DNA of 64,000 nucleotides, from assembly GCA_965231765.1 (NCBI GenBank), contig OZ246887.1, positions 5,203,823 to 5,267,822 of the forward strand. Direction: 5' to 3'. The position numbers were made by a program, and so were the translations under genes. Shown piece after piece: positions 20,151 to 29,200 of the stretch (positions are counted from its first letter, which is position 1; each line of letters opens with the position of its first letter). The notes beneath the pieces are model-generated. The model saw nothing but the letters and a program-made list of their open reading frames with translations, was not told the DNA's origin and searched no databases. Origin of the DNA: Candidatus Binatia bacterium. Its GTDB lineage: Bacteria > Desulfobacterota > Binatia > Bin18.

Positions 20151-20321
20151 GCTGTGGGTCTGTCTCATGCAGAAAAAGTTTCCATGAAACGTTGTGTTCC
20201 CGCGTTGCATCTTGCGTTTAGATCTTGTGTGTAGAATAAATGAAGCAAGACTTTACTTGAGCCGGACAGAGAAACATGAGATGAAATCTTGCGATGACGC
20301 TCCGCTAAGGAGGTACCTACC

Positions 20322-21623
20322 GTGCCGGGTCCTGTCTCATTCCAGTCCCTCTCCAGCCGTGAGGCTGTCTTAAGCAGTGCCGAAAATTTTGTTCTCTATC
20401 TCTTGCTGGAAGCCAAGACGCAAGCAGAAGGAGGAGGGGGCGTCAGACTGCCCTTAAACCTAGGTGTTGTACTCGACCGGAGTGGCTCGATGTACGACGA
20501 AAAGCGGCTGGATTATGTCATCGAAGCCGTGAACTACCTGGTCGATAGTCTGGGGCCAGAAGATCGTGTCTCAATTGTGGCATTTGCCGATAGTGCGGCC
20601 GTTGTTGCCACCGCAGATCAAGTTCAGAGCGATAAAAGCCGGGTCAAACGGGCGATGGACGATATCGATCTGTTAGAAATTGGCGGTGGCACCCAGATGG
20701 CACTCGGCATGCAAGCCGCTCTGAGCGAGGTTGAAAAAAATCACTCAGGCAACTATCTGAACCGCATCTTGTTGCTGACCGATGGCCAAACCTACGAAGA
20801 GCGCAAATGTTTGGAAATTGCGCGTCAGCAGCGCGAGCGGGTTTCCTTTAGCACGCTCGGGGTTGGCATCGAGTTTAATGAAAAGCTGCTGATGGAGATT
20901 GCTGAAGAGGGGGGGGCCAATTACCACTTTATTGGCGATCCCTCGACCATCCCAGGGATTTTTTCCAGCGAACTGCAAGGCCTGCGCAATGTCGCCCTCA
21001 CCAACGCCCGGATCGAAGTCCAGCTGAGTGCTGGGGTCCAAGTCCGAGAGGCCTTCCGCGCTAGCCCGCAAATCTATCCGGTCAAAGACGCCAGCCCAGA
21101 TGCTAATCGGGTTGTCTCTATCCCGCTCGGAGATCTGGAATCTGGGGTGCCCAACTCCGCACTCTTAGTGTTGGTATTGCCGCCACGCCGGCCTGGGCGG
21201 GTCCGTCTGGCCCAATCGCAGTTGTGCTACGATACCACAGATGCGCGCGATCTACGCGAGAAGGCAGAATCGGTTATCACCTATACGCTTGACCGCGGCT
21301 CAGTTGGTAAGGCAAACGGCTATGTCATGAATCTGGTCGATCAGGTCAGTGTTGCCAAGCTGCAGAATCAGGCTGAGGCTGCCATTTCAGCTGGCAATAT
21401 GGACAAAGCAACCCGCTTGCTTGGTAACGCCATTTCCGGCACCCAGCGTCTGGGCAACTCCAAGGCCACTCAAGCCCTAGAATCATTGCAGAGTGAAGTC
21501 AAAAAAACACAAAGCCTGGCCAGCCGAGCCGCCAAAACACAACTGCTCACGGCTCAGGCCTCGTTGCGTAAGACCCAACTGCTTGATCCTGATAGTGTGA
21601 AAGATGCCCTGCGGGATGATTAA
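20322..21623 (+). CDS. cytoplasmic von Willebrand factor A (vWA) domain protein
   Basis: MIDAS motif VVLDRSGSMYD, then SIVAFADSA and LLTDGQ. No signal peptide. The C-terminal ~200 aa are of unknown function. Confidence 0.75.
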   Translation: MPGPVSFQSLSSREAVLSSAENFVLYLLLEAKTQAEGGGGVRLPLNLGVVLDRSGSMYDEKRLDYVIEAVNYLVDSLGPEDRVSIVAFADSAAVVATADQVQSDKSRVKRAMDDIDLLEIGGGTQMALGMQAALSEVEKNHSGNYLNRILLLTDGQTYEERKCLEIARQQRERVSFSTLGVGIEFNEKLLMEIAEEGGANYHFIGDPSTIPGIFSSELQGLRNVALTNARIEVQLSAGVQVREAFRASPQIYPVKDASPDANRVVSIPLGDLESGVPNSALLVLVLPPRRPGRVRLAQSQLCYDTTDARDLREKAESVITYTLDRGSVGKANGYVMNLVDQVSVAKLQNQAEAAISAGNMDKATRLLGNAISGTQRLGNSKATQALESLQSEVKKTQSLASRAAKTQLLTAQASLRKTQLLDPDSVKDALRDD

Positions 21624-21668
21624 AAGAAGTAGTGAGGACTGAGAACTTATGTGTAAGGAGGCCTAGGT

Positions 21669-22343
21669 ATGATCCGCTGTGCCGAGTGCGACGTAGAAAA
21701 CATGGATGGGGTCGAGTATTGTGATGGCTGTGGCCACAAGCTTGAAGCCGTCGCTGATGGTGCTGAAGCAGTCCCGGTTGCAACTGAAGAAGCACCTGTA
21801 GACGGAGCAGCTACGACTGAAGTGAGGGACAGTGTAGACGAGGCCCCAGCCGCAGCTGAGGCTGTTCAAGAGGTGCCAGAAGCTGCTGAAGAAGCACCAG
21901 CTGTTGAGCCCATTGTCGAAGAGCCCATTGTCGAAGAGCCTATTGTCGAAGAGCCTGCACCGGTCAGTGCTCCTGCGCCGGAGCCAGCAGCCCCACCCGT
22001 AGCTGCTGCAGCTGGCCAGACCGCTAAGCTGACTGTTATGCGGGGCGGCACAATTGGCAAAGAGTTTCCGCTGCAAGCTGGAGATAATCTCATCGGACGT
22101 TGGGACCCGGACTCCGGATCTTTCCCGGAAGTCGATTTAGAAACCGACGATACCGAAGCCCGTATTTCACGCAAACATGCCCTCATTAAATTCGGAGATA
22201 CAATAACGATTGAGGACATTGGCAGTCTGAATGGCACGTTTGTGAATAGAGGCCAGCGTCTTGAGCCTGGTTCTCCTGCCACGTTGAAAGACGGGGATGA
22301 GATCATTATTGGCAAAACGTTCTTCAAAGTTGCTATTGCCTAA
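21669..22343 (+). CDS. zinc-ribbon + acidic Pro/Glu-rich linker + FHA domain protein
   Basis: N-terminal CAECDV...CDGCGH. Tandem EPIVEEPIVEEPIVEEP from three 15-bp DNA repeats. C-terminal FHA (LIGRWD...ARISRKHALI...NGTFVN). Confidence 0.75.
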   Translation: MIRCAECDVENMDGVEYCDGCGHKLEAVADGAEAVPVATEEAPVDGAATTEVRDSVDEAPAAAEAVQEVPEAAEEAPAVEPIVEEPIVEEPIVEEPAPVSAPAPEPAAPPVAAAAGQTAKLTVMRGGTIGKEFPLQAGDNLIGRWDPDSGSFPEVDLETDDTEARISRKHALIKFGDTITIEDIGSLNGTFVNRGQRLEPGSPATLKDGDEIIIGKTFFKVAIA

Positions 22344-22391
22344 GACCGAGGACTACCTGAGTTGCTGAGTTGCTGAATCTACTGGTGATAC

Positions 22392-24116
22392 ATGACCGCT
22401 ACCCTTCCTTCGATTCCTGCCCTGGACACGGATATTGGGGCGTGTCCACAGTGTGGTGAGGACAATCCGCCTGAAGAGACTTTCTGCCTGTCGTGTGGTG
22501 TCGCGCTTGACGAAGAGAGCGAAACGACGCTCGATACGCTCAATCACAGCGAAGCCCTTTCTCCTCTGTCGGTCGGGGACGTGGTTGCCGAGCGTTGGAT
22601 TATTGAATCTGTTCGAACACATGGCGATGAGAATCGCTACCAGGCACGCTCGCAGGGAGAGGATGCGGCTCGGGTTATACTGCGCGAACGGGCGAGTGAG
22701 AATGCCGAGTCCTTGTTGGCACTTGAGGCGCGAACGACAAGATTGTCAGATGCTCCCCATCCCGCTTTACTCATCCCTGAGCCGAGCGTCGCATATGAGG
22801 GACGCGTCTATGTCGCTTTTCCCCATATTGCAGGCATGCATCTGGCCGACCGCATCGGACTCACCTCAGAACGGGAAGCTGTCGGCTGGGGCGTGCAGCT
22901 GTGTCAGATTCTCGGCTTTTTGCACCGGCATGACATGGTGTGTTTAGAATTGCCGCCCGAAGGCGTGATTTTGGATAAAACGGGCCGACTCCGGCTCGCT
23001 CAATTTGAAACCTTAACGGAAAAAGGAGCCCAGCACGAACCGCTGTTCCTGTCCGATGGTTACAGCGCTCCTGAGCTATATAAATCGGGCGAGTTGCACG
23101 AGACTGCCGATGTTTTTGCCATTGGTGCTTTGCTGTACTCTCTTGTTGTTGGTCTGCGCCTGCCGACAGAAAGCTGGGTGGTCCAGCCCGAGCCACCACT
23201 TTTTTACCCAGAAAAAGTCTTGTCACCCGATTTAGAACGTGTTTTGCGTCAGGCGCTTGCCTTTGAGGCTGAAGATCGGCATCAGACCGTTGGCGAACTC
23301 AAATCAGCCTTGCTGGAACTGACACACGAGACTCGTATCCGTTCTGCTTGGCGGACTGATGTTGGCCAGTGGCGCGATCACAACGAAGATGCTGTTCTGG
23401 TCAAAGAGGTTGGCCAAGGGACGATCGACGGCAACACCTCTCGTGGGCTGTATGTTGTGGCTGACGGCATGGGCGGTGCGGAAGCTGGCGAAATTGCCAG
23501 TGAGATCAGCATCACGGTTGTCGCCGAACATATTGAGCAAGCGTGGTCTCAAGATCGGTCGGATTCGGATAATGTCGAGCGGGACGATGCGGCTTGGGAA
23601 GTCTGTTTGCGAGAAGCCGTTGAGGCGGCCAATACCGCAATTGTGGGCTATGCCACAGCGCATCCTGAAGCGGAAGGCATGGGCTCCACTATTGTGGCAG
23701 TCCTACTCACCGAACACAGCCAGATATTGGCCTGGGTCGGAGATAGCCGGATCTACCTCTTAGAAGGTGGACAGTTGAGTCAGTTGTCACGCGATCACTC
23801 TCTGGTTGAGCGTTTGGTCGAAATCGGCCAACTGACTCCTGAAGAGGCGCGCACTCACGAGCACCGGAATGTCCTCATTCGTTCCCTTGGCAGCAAGGCG
23901 CAGGTGACAGTCGATACGCTGACCCGTCCCTTCAAACGCGGCGGCCGCCTACTCTTGTGTAGCGACGGTCTCACAAGTCATGTGGAGGATCCGGCGCTGG
24001 CAGACATTCTCAGTCGGCATCGAGAACCCAGAGATGCGGCGTTGGAGTTGGTGGTGGCGGCGAATACCGGTGGAGGGAGCGATAACGTCTCGGTGATTGT
24101 CGTTTTTAACGAATAG
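22392..24116 (+). CDS. zinc-ribbon / degenerate kinase-like domain / PP2C Ser-Thr phosphatase fusion
   Basis: N-terminal CPQCG...CLSCG. The central kinase-like fold has no GxGxxG, has HRHDMVCLELPPEGV in place of HRDLKPxN and has no DFG. C-terminal PP2C (DHNEDAVL, VVADGMGGAEAGEIAS, LLCSDGLTSHV). Confidence 0.75.
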   Translation: MTATLPSIPALDTDIGACPQCGEDNPPEETFCLSCGVALDEESETTLDTLNHSEALSPLSVGDVVAERWIIESVRTHGDENRYQARSQGEDAARVILRERASENAESLLALEARTTRLSDAPHPALLIPEPSVAYEGRVYVAFPHIAGMHLADRIGLTSEREAVGWGVQLCQILGFLHRHDMVCLELPPEGVILDKTGRLRLAQFETLTEKGAQHEPLFLSDGYSAPELYKSGELHETADVFAIGALLYSLVVGLRLPTESWVVQPEPPLFYPEKVLSPDLERVLRQALAFEAEDRHQTVGELKSALLELTHETRIRSAWRTDVGQWRDHNEDAVLVKEVGQGTIDGNTSRGLYVVADGMGGAEAGEIASEISITVVAEHIEQAWSQDRSDSDNVERDDAAWEVCLREAVEAANTAIVGYATAHPEAEGMGSTIVAVLLTEHSQILAWVGDSRIYLLEGGQLSQLSRDHSLVERLVEIGQLTPEEARTHEHRNVLIRSLGSKAQVTVDTLTRPFKRGGRLLLCSDGLTSHVEDPALADILSRHREPRDAALELVVAANTGGGSDNVSVIVVFNE

Positions 24117-24131
24117 TGAGAACGTTTCCCA

Positions 24132-26660
24132 TTGATGTCCCGCAATGAAAGTGGCCAACTTGAGCCCGGAAGTCTCCTTGCTGGGCGGTACCGCGTTGAG
24201 CGCTTTCTGGCTGGCGGCGGCATGGGTGTGGTCTATATTGGGACCGATCAGCGTCTGGCTGAGCGCCAGTGTGCGATTAAAGAAATTTTTGATCGCTTCA
24301 CCACCCCTGAAGAGCGAGCCCAGGCGATAGAATATTTCCACCGCGAAGCCGACACACTGTCGCAGCTCAACCATCCCGCCATTCCCGCCATTTTTGACCG
24401 TTTTGGTGAGGGCAACTGCCATTACCTAGTCATGGATTTCATTGAGGGCAGGAATCTTGAAGAAGTGTTAGTTGAACAAGAGGGACCCTTGCCTGAGAGC
24501 CGGGTCGTTGAGATTGCTCGTGAGCTGTGCGATGTGCTCAGCTATCTGCACAGTTTTGACCCGCCTGTTATCTACCGCGACATGAAGCCCGGCAATGTGA
24601 TTGTGAAGCCCGACGGCCATGTGGCTTTGATTGACTTCGGTATTGCTCGCATCTTTTCGCCGCAAGGGAAAGCGACGCTGATCGGCACGCCCGGTTTTGC
24701 TCCGCCTGAACAGTACGCTGGGAAAGTTGATCAACGCTCCGATATCTACAGCTTAGCTGCTAGCTTGCATTACATGGTCACCGGGCGAGATCCGGAAAAG
24801 CACCCGCCTTTCTCGTGTCCGCCCGTCCTGTCTGAAAAGCCCGACGTTTCGCCATTTTTAGCCCAAGCCGTAGATAAGGCGCTCGCGTATAAGGTAGGAG
24901 AGCGTCCATTTAGCGCCGAAGAATTCAAGGAAATGTTTCTGTATGGACGTGGTCTGAGCGCGACAGCTCCCTCGTCTAGTGCCAAGGCGGCAACCCAGCC
25001 GCTTGAACCTTTGGAGGAAATTGCGGAGGCTGCTGCAGAAGCTGAAGTATTTGCGCCAGCCCCAAACCTTCGCCGAAAACGACGCTGGACCAGACGTATT
25101 GCGGCTTTGCTCTTTATTGGACTCCTGGCGAGTAGTGCCTATGGGCTGTACACCAATCCAGAAGTCCTGCCCGCAGCGTTTGAAGGGAATGCTATGGAAC
25201 GTGTCGGCGAACAGATTCCCTGGCAGAAAATTGAAGCCTGGCTGCCAGAACCAGGCCAAGTCTGGCTGCGGGAATTTGTGGCAGACTTGCCCTGGGAACG
25301 CGAAAAGCGACTGCGGGCCTTACGCGCAGACCCGGTCGAGTTAGTATCGCTCAAAATCTTCAATACCTCACGGGATGGAACTCCGGTTACGGAGCCCCAA
25401 GAAAAATACAGCGTTGGACAAGTCAAATATCTGACCTGGGAAGTGGTCCTCAAAAACCGTTTAGCAGGCATCGAAGGAATACACTACCAACTGGAAGGCC
25501 GATTTTTTGATCCGGAAGGTGGCTTAGCTGGAAAAAGCAAAGCGGGGCGTTATGTGCGGCCTGAGGAAGAGCAGCTGGAGTTCCGTGGGATTACGCTGTT
25601 AGAAGGACTCAGAGAGCGAGCGAAAGGCGATTACCAGCTTGACGTGTACCTGGGCGATACAAAGCTGGTCGATCAGAAGCTGCTCATTGAGGCCGAACCT
25701 ACACTCGTTGCGAAAAAAGATGCTCCCTCAGCAAAAGAGACCAGAATCGCCACGGCTCCGCCTGTCCTGCCCGGTCCCTCTGCAACGGCGATTGCGGCGG
25801 CAGAGGCCGAGCGCAAGCGACGGGCCGGGGATGCCAAACGCGTGGCCTTAATTCAGGAACGGAGTAAAAAGCCGCTCGAAATTGTGAGAGTCAGATTTAT
25901 CAACACGGCCAAGAATGGCAAACGTCTGTCAGAGCCGAGCAAGAGTTTTGCCGCCTCAAAGATCCGTTTTATGGCCTGGGAAGCTGAGTTCAAGAACCGA
26001 CTCCATAGCTTGACACCTGCCTACCATCGGGTCGAGGCGACCTATTATGCCCCGAATGGCCAACCCTTGGGCACAGTTCAGGATGGCAAAGAGGTGAAGG
26101 TCAACAGCAAACGGACAACCTTCACCGGCCGGATTGGGAATGCCAGCGGCGGGGCATTTATACCAGGAAAGTATCGGGTTGATTTTTATGTGAATGGCTG
26201 GCCGCTGTCGTCCGAAGAGTTTATCGTACAGGACGATCGGAAGGGAATCCAAGTCGTGGACCGTGATGAGCAGCCTTGGAGCGGCCTTGCAGGGGGGGGG
26301 CCAGGAAGACAAGCTTCCACCCCTGAACGTCCCGGTATTGGCCCTGCATTGCGTCACCACACTGGCAGTCTGCTCGGTTTGGTTTCTGGGCGCGAGGTGC
26401 CCCTTGAGATCACCTTCCGTCCTCAGCGCAACGGTTCCTTACGCGGGAGGCTCATCATTCACGAGCCGGGCTATGGGGTTGCACCATTGGAAGGCCAGGT
26501 GCAGGGGAGTCAGATTGAATTTCGGAGTCCACTCGGCCGCGATACCTATTATTTCAAAGGCTGGCAAGAAGGCGACCGCCTGACGGGAACGTACCGAGTC
26601 TCCCCGACGCGCAAGGATGGCCGCTGGTCGGTGCGTATCAGTGAGCGGCCAGCCTCCTGA
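24132..26660 (+). CDS. receptor-type Ser/Thr protein kinase with single TM and duplicated extracytoplasmic domain
   Basis: GGGMGVVYIG...AIKEI...VIYRDMKPGNVIV...DFGIAR...GTPGFAPPE is a Hanks-type kinase. A TM helix (IAALLFIGLLASSAYGLY) lies ~aa 320. Two ~120-aa repeats follow (KIFNTSRDGTPV... and RFINTAKNGKRL...). Confidence 0.85.
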   Translation: MMSRNESGQLEPGSLLAGRYRVERFLAGGGMGVVYIGTDQRLAERQCAIKEIFDRFTTPEERAQAIEYFHREADTLSQLNHPAIPAIFDRFGEGNCHYLVMDFIEGRNLEEVLVEQEGPLPESRVVEIARELCDVLSYLHSFDPPVIYRDMKPGNVIVKPDGHVALIDFGIARIFSPQGKATLIGTPGFAPPEQYAGKVDQRSDIYSLAASLHYMVTGRDPEKHPPFSCPPVLSEKPDVSPFLAQAVDKALAYKVGERPFSAEEFKEMFLYGRGLSATAPSSSAKAATQPLEPLEEIAEAAAEAEVFAPAPNLRRKRRWTRRIAALLFIGLLASSAYGLYTNPEVLPAAFEGNAMERVGEQIPWQKIEAWLPEPGQVWLREFVADLPWEREKRLRALRADPVELVSLKIFNTSRDGTPVTEPQEKYSVGQVKYLTWEVVLKNRLAGIEGIHYQLEGRFFDPEGGLAGKSKAGRYVRPEEEQLEFRGITLLEGLRERAKGDYQLDVYLGDTKLVDQKLLIEAEPTLVAKKDAPSAKETRIATAPPVLPGPSATAIAAAEAERKRRAGDAKRVALIQERSKKPLEIVRVRFINTAKNGKRLSEPSKSFAASKIRFMAWEAEFKNRLHSLTPAYHRVEATYYAPNGQPLGTVQDGKEVKVNSKRTTFTGRIGNASGGAFIPGKYRVDFYVNGWPLSSEEFIVQDDRKGIQVVDRDEQPWSGLAGGGPGRQASTPERPGIGPALRHHTGSLLGLVSGREVPLEITFRPQRNGSLRGRLIIHEPGYGVAPLEGQVQGSQIEFRSPLGRDTYYFKGWQEGDRLTGTYRVSPTRKDGRWSVRISERPAS

Positions 26661-26686
26661 CATGAAATTTTTGAGCTGACAACTGA

Positions 26687-27559
26687 GTGACTATGGAACT
26701 CTCACGCGAGCGACTCATTTTGTATACTGGGGCAGGATTTCTGGGTGGGCTGGCCGGTTGGGCAGCCGCAGACCCATTGGCAAGTCTCGGCAATGTCTAC
26801 GTTCGGGCTCTTGCCCTGGGAGCTGTCATCGGGGTGTTTATTGGTGCGTTTATTGCCTCTATTGAGGGGCTCAGTCGCGGCCACAAAAACCAGATCATGC
26901 AGGGTCTGCAACTCGGTGGGCTAGCTGGTTTGATTGGTGGTGGGACTGGGCTGTTGATGGGCGAACTGGTGTTTGGCCTATTCGGAGGACTGGGCGGCCG
27001 GATTATTGGCTGGGGCATATTTGGTTTGATTGCCGGACTGGGCGTTGGCTGGGTTGGCCGTTCGGTTGCCCGGATGCGGAATGGCATGATTGGTGGAGCA
27101 ATCGGCGGAGCGACTGGTGGAGCACTGTACCAGATTGTGACAGGCTTATTACCTCAGACCGCAGGGCGTGGCCTTGCGCTTGCGCTGCTCGGGGCGATGA
27201 TTGGTTTGTGGATTGGCCTGGTCGGAGAAATCCTCAAGCGAGGCTGGTTTATGGTCATTCGTTCCCAGAGCCGGAATGCCAGAGAAGGCAAAGAATATCC
27301 ACTGGTGAAGGCCAAAACCACGATCGGTCGGGCTGAGGAGAGTGATGTCGGGCTGTTCGGGGATCGCTCAATCTCGGATATGCACGCCGTTGTTGAGCGT
27401 CAGAAAGGGAAATTCCTGCTGGCTCGTGGGCAAGGCATAGTCAAGGTCAATCAGTCGTCAGTGACCCAGCCGGTCCAGCTCAAGAATGGAGACCGAGTTG
27501 AGGTCGGGGGAACACTCCTCCTGTTTCGTGATCGCGCGGCTGTCCCTGAAGAGGCATAA
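26687..27559 (+). CDS. polytopic glycine-zipper membrane protein with C-terminal FHA domain
   Basis: Four or five Gly-rich TM segments (GxxxG repeats). The C-terminal FHA reads TIGRAEESDVGLFGDRSISDMHAVV...NGDRVEVGGTLLLF. Confidence 0.7.
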   Translation: MTMELSRERLILYTGAGFLGGLAGWAAADPLASLGNVYVRALALGAVIGVFIGAFIASIEGLSRGHKNQIMQGLQLGGLAGLIGGGTGLLMGELVFGLFGGLGGRIIGWGIFGLIAGLGVGWVGRSVARMRNGMIGGAIGGATGGALYQIVTGLLPQTAGRGLALALLGAMIGLWIGLVGEILKRGWFMVIRSQSRNAREGKEYPLVKAKTTIGRAEESDVGLFGDRSISDMHAVVERQKGKFLLARGQGIVKVNQSSVTQPVQLKNGDRVEVGGTLLLFRDRAAVPEEA

Positions 27560-27605
27560 GAAGCATACGGGACCGAGACGTCAACACACAGAAAAGTGAA
27601 GCTGT

Positions 27606-29168
27606 ATGGGAAAGCATAACTATTTTTATCAATATTGCATTGCCAGTCTCTCGTTTGTCGCGTGCGTGGCCGTCCAGACGTTGGCCTGGGCGGTAGACAC
27701 TGCGGTGGTGTCCCTGACCAATCCACAGCTGGAGACTTTTTCAAATGGCGGTGCAGTTGGCTTGTATTTTAGTGTGACCGACACCCGCGGACAGCCCGTC
27801 GGACAGCTCAGCCTAGACCAGGTGCAAATTCTCGAAGACGGCCAGATAGCAAAAGTCATTGATTTCCGAGGTGAAGAACAGGGACGACCGGTCGATATCG
27901 TGGTTGTCTTTGATATCACCGAGAGTATGGGACCCTTTATCGACGGCATGAAAGAGGCGACAAATGCCTTTGCCGATGGGCTATCGAAAGCCAACCGCGA
28001 TTATCGTTTGGGCCTGGTGACCTTTGAGGATTATGTCACTCGTGATGAGAAGGTGTTTACCCGGAGCGCGACAGAATTCAAAAGCTGGATTGGAGCCTTG
28101 CAGGCAGTTGGCGGCGGGGACATTCCAGAGAACTCGCTCGACGCGTTGATGATCGCCAGCCGTTTTCCTTTTCGGCCAGATGCCCAGGCCGTCGTCATCC
28201 TCATCACCGATGCGCCCAATCATTCTAAAGGGGATGGCTCGGAGAAGAATAATCCGTATGGACATGAGATTAGCCAGGTTTCCGCAGGCGAAGTGGTAGA
28301 GGAACTGAAACGGGCGAATCTGAGCGTGTTTGCAATCACCCCGCCTCCGTTTGTGGCACCCGACCTGCACAGAATGGCCAAAGAAACCGGAGGCAAGCAC
28401 TACAATATTGTGAGTGAAGGCCGCCGTTTTCCTGAGCTGATCGGCAAAATTGGCCGCTCGCTGGCATCGCAGTATTTCCTGACGTATGAGAGCCCACGGC
28501 CGGTCGAAGATGGGACCAGACGGGAAGTCGTACTCAAAATCAGCCATCCAAACGGTGCCGGTGAGGTACGCAGTAAGTACCAGCTGCGCGGAATTGGCGG
28601 CGGTGCCCGAGCTGTCGTGTCGAGCTCTGTTGCTGGCGTTGCTCCAGCTGAAAATATGCTCACCTACAGCTGGTGGAATATGCTTGTGCCGCTCTTGTCC
28701 GGAGCGGGACTCCTCCTGTTGGCGCGGGTGCGGCTGAGTGAACTACCGGCTGATGTCATGAGACGTCTCAAAACAGCTTCGAGCGCAGTCAGTGCTGCTG
28801 CCGGTACAGCCGCCAGCGCGGCTGCCGGCACCGTGGCTGCCGTTAAACCAGATAAACCTGCCGCCTATGCCCGCTTAATCCGTCAAACGCCACTTGACGA
28901 GGTACCGCGCGAGATTGCCTTAACCCGCGAGGAGTTTGTGATTGGGCGTGGTGAAGAGTGTGATATCGTCATTCCCCACACCTCAATTTCGCGTGAGCAT
29001 GCGCGTTTAAAAAAGCTCAAACCTGGCTTTGTGTTGTTTGACCTGAAGAGCAGAAACGGAACCTTTGTGAATGGCCGGAAAGTGGTTGAGAACCTGCTCA
29101 AAGAAGGCATGACGGTCAAGATTGGCGATATTGAGTTTGTCTTTTATGGGGCGAACCCATCGGCCTAA
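27606..29168 (+). CDS. signal peptide / vWA domain / TM / cytoplasmic FHA domain protein
   Basis: Signal peptide. vWA MIDAS VVFDITESM. TM helix WWNMLVPLLSGAGLLLLARV. C-terminal FHA FVIGRGEECDIVIPHTSISREHARL...NGTFVNG. Confidence 0.75.
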   Translation: MGKHNYFYQYCIASLSFVACVAVQTLAWAVDTAVVSLTNPQLETFSNGGAVGLYFSVTDTRGQPVGQLSLDQVQILEDGQIAKVIDFRGEEQGRPVDIVVVFDITESMGPFIDGMKEATNAFADGLSKANRDYRLGLVTFEDYVTRDEKVFTRSATEFKSWIGALQAVGGGDIPENSLDALMIASRFPFRPDAQAVVILITDAPNHSKGDGSEKNNPYGHEISQVSAGEVVEELKRANLSVFAITPPPFVAPDLHRMAKETGGKHYNIVSEGRRFPELIGKIGRSLASQYFLTYESPRPVEDGTRREVVLKISHPNGAGEVRSKYQLRGIGGGARAVVSSSVAGVAPAENMLTYSWWNMLVPLLSGAGLLLLARVRLSELPADVMRRLKTASSAVSAAAGTAASAAAGTVAAVKPDKPAAYARLIRQTPLDEVPREIALTREEFVIGRGEECDIVIPHTSISREHARLKKLKPGFVLFDLKSRNGTFVNGRKVVENLLKEGMTVKIGDIEFVFYGANPSA

Positions 29169-29200
29169 AAGGACACAATGAGCCCCCTTGGCGTCTTTTT

